A DNA stretch of 64,000 nt from Octopus vulgaris. Lineage: Eukaryota. Made by a program: the position numbers and the translations under genes. The notes under the pieces were generated by a model. It was not told where the DNA came from. It searched no databases and saw only the letters and a list, made by a program, of their open reading frames with translations. Shown in pieces: positions 1 to 10,700 of this stretch. The first letter of the stretch is position 1; each line of letters begins with the position of its first letter. The stretch covers positions 61,070,001 to 61,134,000 of the forward strand of contig OX597833.1 of assembly GCA_951406725.2 (NCBI GenBank), read 5' to 3'.

Positions 1-368
1 ATAAGTCCTGTGGTTGATTTTTCTGGCTAAAATCTCTTAAGGCAGTGCTCTAGCATGGCTGCAGACAAATGACTGAAACAAGTAAACGAATACCCCCCCA
101 CACACACACACACACACATGTAGTTAGAATTTACAGAAAACAAAAGCCAGAAAATGATGACAGGCTGAAAGAACCAACAAACAGGTGTATTAGTTTTGAT
201 GCTCAGAAAGAAGAATGGAAAAGTCTTTGACATTTCGAGCCTACACTCTTCAGCAGAGAAGGACGAAAGAAAAAAAATGGAGAGGGGTGGGTGGGTAGAA
301 GAAAAATAATGTGTAGGGATTAACTGTTCAACAGGATGAAAATATATACTTACTGACACACAAATATG

Positions 369-408
<40 letters not shown>

Positions 409-918
409 CGTGTGTTTGTATATATATATATACACATTCATACATACATGCACACACACACATCACAACTATCATATTCTCCACTCCTCATTTTACCCTC
501 TTATCACCTTTATATAGAGAGATCCCTGTTTGGTGAAAGAGGTTTTACATATCCATTAAATCTCTCTCTTCTCTGACTCCCCCCCCCCCCCCCGTTTATA
601 TTTATTTACTTTCTATTGTTGTTGATGTTGTTTGTATTTCAGGAATGCCACACTACTGCCTACTCTTTCCTCTCTGACCTATTCTATAATGCCTGCCTGT
701 CCCAGCTGTGACTGCCAAATGTCAACAGTCCTCTTAGCATTTCTCTACTTCATGTATTTTCACCAATTTTTTTTTTCTTCTTCTTCTTCTTCTTCTTCTT
801 CTTTGTTATCATTTTTCAAGAAAAATTAATATATTACTTCATATGACATTTATTTATTTATTTCAGAAGCATATGAATACATTTCAAACTAATTAACTGT
901 CCCAATCCAAACACTCTA

Positions 919-926
919 TTTATTAC

Positions 927-1013
<87 letters not shown>

Positions 1014-1041
1014 TATTACTATTATCATTATTATTATTATT
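919..1041. repeat. (TTA)n microsatellite
   Basis: Direct reading. Confidence 0.95.
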
Positions 1042-1496
1042 CACTCACAAAATAATTTTTCTTCATCTTTTTTTTTTCTCTCTCAATGCACTGAAAATTG
1101 TTCGTATCTTGATGATGTTATTTACATTTAATTAATGATTTCAGGGTCATAACTCACATGCAGCAGTCTACTATTATTACAGATATTATTATAACAAGAC
1201 ATAGTTCACATGGATCTACAATTACTACTACTATTACAACTACTACTACTACTATCATTATTATTATTATTAATTAGGCGGCAAGCTGGCAGAATCATTA
1301 GCACACTGGACGAAATGCTAAGCAATATTTCGCCCCATCATTATATTTTGAGTTCAAATTTCACTGAGGTCGACTTTGCATTTCATGCTTTCGGGGGTTG
1401 ATGGAATAAGTACCAGTTATGCACTGAAGTAAATATGATCGACCCCCCCCCACCCCACCCAAAAAAATTTCTGGCTTTGTACCTGTAGTAGAAAGG

Positions 1497-1535
<39 letters not shown>

Positions 1536-3327
1536 GAGGCAGTGAGCTGGCAGAATCCTTATTGCATCAGACAAAATGCTTAGCAGCATTTCATCTGTCT
1601 ATGCTCAGGTTCTGCTGAGGTCCAGTTTGCCTTTTGTTTTTTGTAGAGTCAATAAAACAAGTACAGGTTGAGCCACTGGGGTTGGTGTAACCGTCGTGCT
1701 CCACCCCACAAGTTTCAGGCCTCGTTGCTCTAGTAGAAAGAATTATTATACCAAGGCTGAGGGGGGAGTGGATTGATGGAATTGTTGGAACGTTAAACAA
1801 AATGCCTTGAGTATTTCTTCCAGTTGTGTATGCTCTGGGTTCAAATCACACAAATGTCACCTCTGCGTTTCACCCAGTCTGGGTTTTGTAAAATAAAGTG
1901 CCATTTAAGTACTGAGGCCTAATGCTATCAACTAGCTTTCTTCTTTCGAGACTGCTAGCCTTCTGCTTAAATTAGAAACAATATCATGTCCATGACAATA
2001 TATTTCAGCATACACACACACACATATACATTATATAATGATGATTATGAAACTTCATGTAAATTTTGAGGTAGTAATTATATTGTGTGCATGTATATTA
2101 AACAGGCTTCTGTTGGTTTCCCTGTACCAAATCCACTTACAAGGCTTTGGTCAACCTGAGTCCATCGAAGAAGAAACTTACACAATCTGCCATGCAGTGG
2201 GATTGAACCCAGAACAATGTGGCTGAGACAAACTTCTTACTACACAGCCATGCCTGATCATTTTTTTTTCTTTTGACAGTCCCTAGTATTAAATATGTTA
2301 TTGTTAACTTAACTGTTATTTTTTCATGCAGATGGTGTCCCTGGATCATTAAATTTCCAAACATTCCCATTTTCTTCCCCCAGTCCTGTCATTCTGACCT
2401 ATGGCTGAACGATAGTAACGATAACCCCACCACCTCTACAATAATGTCGCTTCTAATTAATGTGAACAGAAAACATCAAGTAAAAGCTATCAACACTTTC
2501 ATGCTTAATTAGATATATTATTACGATATAATATACCATAATTAAATATATTTATATTAAGTAAATTAATCAATATAAATAACTAGGATCTAGACTATCA
2601 GAGGTGATTGTCTGTTTCAAAGGTGTTAATTTAAAGAGTTTTAAATTTCCAGAATATCTGGCAATTTTAAAACTTTAATTTTTTACAGTTATTTTCACAA
2701 ATGAAAATTTTTAACAATTTTTTTTGTTTCAATGAGATTTCCTCATGAGTCCCTAAATATTCCTTACACAAGACATAGGTCTAGGGTAAATATATGATGT
2801 TCATGCCTTTCATAGGGTGTGGGGCTGGAGGTTAAGCTCAATATGAGCTTATCACTCCACCCCTACCTCATTAGTATCTCTCTCTCTCTCATTCATTTGG
2901 CTCTTTGCTTTTTGCTTTTTAATGTTCCTTTTGCTGTAAATATTGTTGTTTTTAATCTTGTTGCAGCCAAAATTTGTGGAATTCTGAGGAATTGCAGACA
3001 TAACCTGACGACCAAAAATTACTTTCATTTTACTCTTGTTTTAATATATATTTTCATTCCATGTTCCGTTTTAACATTGTGTGTGTGTGTGTATTTATGA
3101 CCAATTTTAATTCTTTATTTATTACCCTTTGATTTGACTATTAACTTTTAGTCAGTTCTGATTTGTGTTAACTGTTAACCTTTAGTCAATTGTAATTATG
3201 TTAACCTTTAATCAGGTCTTCAAGTGTTTTTGTTACATTCGTGCGTTACTGTGGAATTATTAAGCTAGATCTAGAATAACCGTAGCGTCGACTGTGAATG
3301 TCGGCAATAAAAGATATTATATGAAAA

Positions 3328-3341
3328 ATGACATTTAAAAA
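3328..3341 (+). CDS. GSE1: Candidate first coding exon of GSE1-like gene (MTFK)
   Basis: ATG ACA TTT AAA AA|gtaagt, perfect donor; phase matches 3420-3451; no homology support. Confidence 0.4.
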
Positions 3342-3419
3342 GTAAGTTTCATATGATCAGGGCCATTTGATAGTTTAATTAACCTCTTATTAAACTAGAA
3401 CTGATCTATTCCTTCACAG

Positions 3420-3451
3420 TCTTTCAGTGGGGTTTCTGATCTTGAGAACAG
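3420..3451 (+). CDS. GSE1: Candidate 32-nt second exon of GSE1-like gene (NLSVGFLILRT)
   Basis: ccttcacag|...ACAG|gtaac; phase 2 in, phase 1 out, matching exon 5987. Confidence 0.4.
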
Positions 3452-5986
3452 GTAACAAACATATTCTATGTGTGGCAGCAATACGTAACACATGATTGTA
3501 TAACGGTGGCTTACTGTATTGGGTTATGACCCTTTATGGTTTGGGTTCTCACCCTGCTGGAATTGAGTTTGCCCATTACTCTTTGTGGGACTGGGTCCCA
3601 AGAAGAATAAGATAATACCAGGGAAGTAATGGAACTCATTTCATGAATTGCCCCTTCTGTCACTCCCTCTTCTCCTTCCCATAAATCTATGCTTTGTACC
3701 TGTAAGAAAACCTTATGGGGGATAGTGGTGGTGGTGGTGGTAGTAGTGGTGTTGGTTGTTGTAGTAAATCTATTGATTCTACAAAGGTTTATAAAACTAA
3801 CGAGGAAGCTTCTGTTATGTCCACCTGCTAGAAATAGCAAGTAAATTCTTTCAAATATATCCAACTGTTTTGGGGCTTTAAAAAAAAAAAAAGCAAAGGA
3901 ACATTAGACAGTGTTGTCCAAATACAGAAGAGGTGGAAGTGGTCATAGTTGGAATGGCTTTGAGCCAAGGTGTACCCAATTTGGACGGACCTGGAGCATC
4001 TTATTTGTTCAGTCGTTGGACTGCAGCCCTGCTGGGCACCTCTTTGAAAAGGTTTAGTCAAACAGATCACCCTTGGTACTTTCCTTTCTTTTTAAGTCTC
4101 TTACTTACTCTATTGGTGTCTTTTGCTGAACAATAAGTTATGAGGATATAAACAAACCATCACCAGTGGTCGAGTGAGGCAGGGGTGGGGAGGCAAGCAG
4201 ACACACACACACACACACACACATTGATATGATGGGCTTCTTACAGTTTCTATCTACCAAATTCAGTCACAAGGCTTTGGCCATCCTGAGGTTATTATAG
4301 AAGACACTTGCCCAAGGTGCCACACAGTAGGATTGAACCCAAAACCATGTGGTTTCGTGGTTCTATTGAACAAACGCTTTATTTTCTCTACTGTGATGGT
4401 GCTCATGTTCCAGTCCCTATTTTTAACATGCACCGATTTATTTTCAAAATTGAAAGATTCACTGCTTTCAGAATTAGCACATTGGACAGGTGTCTTCTTT
4501 CATAGCCTTGGGTCAACTCTTATGTTGAGACTGCCACCTATCATAGTCTCAGATTGACCTGTATGTTGGGTGTAAAATTGGATTGATGAAAACTGTATGG
4601 AAAACCTTTGGATAATCTTTAAATGTTCCCAAGTAGTGGACTTAATCCTTTACTTTGTTCCTTGTCACCACCTTGTCCCTGGATGCCTTTAGTAGAGTCT
4701 ACTAGAGTGGTGACCCCCTTGAGAACTTTTAGTTCACTTTGTTGCAAATATTCAGAGAGCAAGTCTTCTGTCTAAGAATATCTTCATAGTTTGGTGTCCT
4801 GCTGTTGTAGCAGGAACTCTTGAATTGTGTCCTCCTCACTTTCTCTGCTCACTGGCCTCAAAGATTCAGTAAAGGTCATCTGATGCTACCCCACCTTTTT
4901 TTTTCTCCCAGCAAAAGCAGATGTATGCACAAGCACACACATATGCGAAGGTGCATAGTTTTGTGGTTTGGGTGTTATACTCATGGCTGCATGATTGTCT
5001 TGCTTCTCGATCGAGGCAGTGCATTCAGCAAAACACTCCATTCCACATTGCTCTGTGATTACATCAACGTCTGACGTGCAACACAAACATCTGATCACTA
5101 TAAACAAATCATCTCTGCAGGTTATTCAGCAAGAATTTGAAGAACCCTCAAATTACATCAGGAGAGACCCACCCCTATATAATGTAGCTTCAGCCAATAA
5201 CTTGCATAAGTGGAGGCTTTACTGAGTTATTGTTATGCAGGTGTATTACGAAGATGATGAAGGATAGAGACTGAGTGGAGTGACATATACAACCACCCTC
5301 TACTCTCAGATTTGTCCTGTAATTAGCAATTTCACTTTCATTGTTTCTGAAAGATCTTAATTATTTATATAAATATTAGAAATGCTATGCCTCTGACTCC
5401 ATTGCCATTATTACAACTACTACCACCACCAACACCACTACTACAATTTGTATTGATTAAAATTCTTCTCATATTGTATGAAATAAAAAGTTAAAGGACA
5501 GTATGGGTGTGGCTGTGGTTAAACTCACTTTGTTACTACTTAATTTGGGGGTCAATCACATATAGCAATACCTCAAGCATCTTCTCTACTTTCACAGAAA
5601 TGTGAGAGAATTTAGCAGACAGAAACTGTAGAGAAGCTTGTGTGTGTATACACACATACTTATATATACTGCATATATACGCATCTGAGTGAGAAGGTCA
5701 TGGTTTTTATACTTTCTGGTCACTCTGCACTTCTGAAGATCTGTGGAGTAATAAAAAAAAAAGCCTTTACTTGATAAACAGAACAGCTGGTTATAGGAAA
5801 GGCATTTGGTTGAGAAATCCGCCCCCTCTTAGAAAATTCCTGTTCATCCTGTATTAGCATAGGGAAACAGATGTTTAACAAATAAGCGAATGAATATATA
5901 AATGTGTGTGTGTAATAATGATGAAATGCGTTTCATATTGTAAAGGCAAATTGAATTTTGAATATTTTTCTTTGTTCCTCTTGTAG

Positions 5987-6180
5987 ATGATGGTCCTAGT
6001 GTGAAAGCTGTTCCAACAACAAGTGTGAGTCCCCGATCGTCAACACCGAAACGTGGTCCTCCTCCATTGGTTTATTCAAGCCAGTCATCATCATCATCAT
6101 ATCTGACCCCACCCCCTGTAGTGACAATCGCTCCAACTCAAGCTCACCCAACACACCTCCACTCAGAAGCTCATTCTCAG
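5987..6180 (+). CDS. GSE1: GSE1-like exon (DGPSVKAVP...EAHSQ)
   Basis: ttgtag| ... CAG|gtaatg; open, S/P-rich. Confidence 0.8.
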
Positions 6181-7705
6181 GTAATGTCACACTCAACACG
6201 TTCCTGTTTGTCTTTGGCACAACTTCCTACCATACCACATTCTTCTTTATATCTTCCACTTTAGCCTATTTTTCTATGGATTTTTTTCTTTCTTGTTTTA
6301 TTCTAGAATTTGGAACGTACTCACTCCGTACAAAGCTCATCTTCATCGCTCTATGACCCCCTTACTATAAAACAGGAAAGAGACCACCGACCCTTGTCAT
6401 CACAATCTCGAGATGGTGACACAGCAAAAGAATGCATTATCCAGCCATCCCACAGGTTGGTTAAAAAGTTAGGATTGCTTTTTGTCATTTCTCTGGAATT
6501 TAATTTTTTTTCCCTCTTTTACTACTTAATTTGCCCTCAGTTTCCTCATTATTTCACTCGTAATCGAGCGGTTACTGTTTATATCTCGTTCAGAGATTTA
6601 TTATTGTTTTCAGACAGTTTTTCTACATCAGTGACAGTGGTTACTGTGAAAAACATTACATATTGTTTGTAAGGGGACTCCTTCATCGAAGACCGGTGCT
6701 TACCATGCGTTGACAAGAGGCAATTACCTCGAAACTATAGTCCGTATGTAGTACTCGGGTCTTCGATGGAGGATGACCTCCCTTTGCAAACAACACAAGG
6801 ACACTGAGATAGTGTCTAAAGTCCTTCTGGTGACGTTGATCGCCTGGGGCTAAAAGCATCAGTAACCCCCCAACCCCCAACCAGTGGCTAGCCACATTTA
6901 GATGGCTGATACCCCTTACGTTGTCGAGCGGTTACTGTTTATATCTCGTTCAGAGATTTATTATTGTCTTTCATTAAAATAATAACAAAAAAAAAACAAA
7001 AAAAATCCCCCAAATCGACTCAAAATTCCCACTTTTCATCACAAACTGTAATTTTTCCTTTCTATCTTTCAGGACTACATCATCAGCTTTATCATCATCA
7101 TCATCTACACACGGCAGAGATGACCTTCCTCCCAGAGGTTTCCAACCATATAGACCAGAGGAAGAGATTCGGCCTATGTTAACATCCCCTTTTGGTTTGG
7201 ATGCCGCTTACCCATATCACCCAGCACTATTTGCACACCAACCCTACCCTCATCCTGCATTTAGGTATTGCTATATAGTTTCTTTAATAATTTTATATAC
7301 ATCATCATACTATTATATAGCCTCTTCAGTAATTCTACATACATCAAGGCACTGTTATATAGTTTCTTCCGTTTAGAAATTCTACATACATTTGAGGTAC
7401 TGCTATATAACTTCAATAATTATACATACATCAGAGTGTTGCTTTATAGCTTCTGTAGTTCAGTAATTCTACATATATCCTGGTATTGCTATATAATATT
7501 GCTATGACTCATTTACTCTTTACCTTATTTCAGTCATTTGACTGCGGCCATGCTGGAGCACCGCCTTTAGTCGAGCAAATCGACCCTGGGACTTATTCTT
7601 TGTAAGCCCAGTACTTATTCTATCAGTCTCTTTTGCCGAACTGCTAGGTGACGGGGATGTAAACACACCCACATCGGTTGTCAAGCAATGCTAGGGGGAC
7701 AAACA

Positions 7706-7744
<39 letters not shown>

Positions 7745-10700
7745 GACAGGCTTTATTTAGTTAAATAAATTGCTTTACTTACAATTTAACCAGAGATGTC
7801 TCTCTGAAAATTCACCCAATTTCCCTCTTGATACAGTGACCACCCCCCAGCATTGGTTTTCTCCAGTTCAAGAATAATTTTGCAGTTTTAATAGTAAACT
7901 TCGGTGTATTCTCTTGTCTGAAATGACCAGCTTTTTAGTGGATATTTCAATTTAGAGAACAAAGAAAAGTCTGTGGAGACTCGGTCCGCAGAGTCTGGCA
8001 GCTGGGAACATGATTCATCCCCTTTGGAAAAGTCTTAGAGAAGAGAGGACATATCAATGAGTTATTGGTTGTGGTGCATCATTTAACTTTTCTTTACCCA
8101 TACCTTAGGTCTCTTCCTTTGCACTGCCTCTCTCAAATGTGTCAGGACGTCCAAGTAAATCTCTTTCTAGATTGTCTGACCCTGTGGAACAAACTCCTGA
8201 CAAACAACACCCGTCTATATCACTTTCATATTGGAATAACGTTGTGGATTTTTGGTTGCAATGCTACTGTTCCAACTCTCGGAAATGACTGCCTTTTTAT
8301 TTCAATATCATAGTTGTACATCCACATAAAGTCACTACATTTGATACTTATATAATGAAACAGCTCCTGACTGGTTCAGCTCTCTTTTACGTTCACAGAT
8401 TTTGTGATAACATGCTGCATCTTCAGTTACCCTCTTAAAATCTTGTGGTACACACTTTTTTCAGATGCCTGCTCTTTCCTTTTAAACTTCACAGACAGTC
8501 AGGCAACAATTTCCATAGATCAACACCCAATTTAGCAATCCTTTGATGTGGATATCCTTCCCCATACTAAAAACCGGTACAGCTCAAACAATCCACCCTG
8601 TTGGTCTATTGTAACATTAGAAAAATCTCCATATTTGAAACAGAACTTCACACAAATATGTTGTTCTGCCAAATCCTTCTCTGTTTAACAAATCCCCAAA
8701 TTTAAACAAATGGCTCATGCTGGCACATGCAGACAGATGACAAAAATTGTTGTGGTTTGATGTGGCTTTGTATGGCTGAAGATCAAACACTCTTACACCA
8801 TACTGCAGTCAGTTGCACACTGCACCAGCATCTTGGTTGTAGTTATTTACTTGTTAAAAATATTTTCATTGTTTATTGAAACTTCCATTAAAGCAGGAAT
8901 TCTTTCCCCCCTCAGCCCCCCTGATATTTCATAATTAATCTTTTAGAGTAGGAAAATGAGAAAATGTAACTTCTGTTGATTCTATGGAAATAGCTAAGAA
9001 CTGAACTCAAAACCCATTGGGTTACAGATGTATATGTATGTAGTTGCCTGGTCCTGTGTTTAGATACATGATCTGTGTCATACATGAAATGCTTTACTAT
9101 TTATTTCAACCTAAATGCTGCTGCTATTACTGTTTCCTTCTAGAACCATTTTATTTTTTTTTCCTTTTTTCGTTTTCTTTTTTTTTTTTGACCCCTTATA
9201 TTGGCTAAATCTCTCTAAGGCTTTTGTTTCTCTTCCAGTCGTATTGATGATCCTTTAGTTTTAGAAAGATGCCGATTGATGCACCCGCACTTCATGACAT
9301 TTCCACCTCCAGGTATCATTCCACCTCCGGGAGTACATCCTTTTTTATCATCTAGTCGTTATCCTACAGATCTTCTCCATCAACAGTACCCACAGTACCT
9401 GCCAAACAGTTCTCGTCTGGCTGGATATCGGTCACCTGGACCAAATGACAGGTCGGTACATTTATGATTTTATTCTCTTTTGTCTAGTTATGGTCATAAT
9501 TTTTTAGGAGAGTGGAGTGTATTTAATATAGCAAATTGTGATTTATTAAACCTTCCCCAGCTGTGAAAGTATCAGAGTTGATCCTCTTTGAGTTTGAACT
9601 CAGAACTATGGGACATTGTAAAGTGTTTAAGATTCTCACATGACACTATGATCTCCTATGTCACACTGAACAGCTACAATTTAAACAAACAAACATATAT
9701 ATAGACATAGCTGTGGGGTTAAGAAGCTTGCTTCCCGACCTTGTGTTTTGGGGTTCAGTTCCATTGTGCTGCTCCTTGGACAAGTGTCTTCTACAGCAGG
9801 TAGGTGGAAACTAAAAGAAGCCAATCGCACATGTGTGGACCCTTTCCTGACATCATGTGAGGGTTGCAGATGGGCATAGGAAATATTACATGGCTGCTTT
9901 GAAACAGGTGAAGGTTGGCGGCAGGAAGGGCATCCAGCTGTAGATAAGCTGCCTCAACAAATCTGTCTTTGCCATGCAAGCATGGGAAAGTAGACATTAG
10001 CTGAAGGTGGTGAGCTGGCAAAAATGTTAGCACGCCGGGCGAAATGCCTGGTGGTATTTCATCTGCTGCTACGTTCTGAGTTCAAATTCTGCCGAGGTCG
10101 ACTTTGCCTTTCATCCTTTCAAGGCCGATTAAATAAGTACCAGTTAGGCATTGGGGTCAATATAATCGACTTAATCCGTTTGTCTGTCCCCTCTGTGTTT
10201 AGCCCCTTGTGGGTAGAGAAGAAATAGGTAGACATTAGCTGGAGGTGATGATGACAATAATTCAAACAATTTTTTTTATAATTCTTATCTCCTTGCATTC
10301 AATTTTCCGTGCTAACTTTTATGGGTTCGACAGATTTCTTAAACCCAACTTTTGCATGGTAGTAGGAGTGCACTTGTGCACCATTCCACAATTTGATGAC
10401 AGTACATTTTTACTTGTATCAAACTGTGGAATCTACAGCTGTGACAATTCACAGTTCTATGTTGCCAGGTTAGCTGTGGGGGCATGCATTGGTGCAGCAT
10501 ATAGCTACATTCACCATTAGTCAGTATATTCCTGGGTCCTCCCAGATGACCCTTAGATCAGCGTCCCAGTCAGTCCCCATCTCTGCAAGATACCCCTCAT
10601 CTGCCATGATCATGTGGTATGTGATCAACCAACATAAACCGTTTATATGTTGTGGAGATAGAAAAGTAGACAAGCGGGTTGGCAGAAAGCAAAACAGGGA

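Noticed and set aside
2332-2408. Possible phase-1 exon (DGVPGSLNFQTFPFSSPSPVILTYG*) after ttttttcatgcag
   Set aside because: Good acceptor but ends in a stop with no homology; could be an alternative terminal exon but is unsupported.
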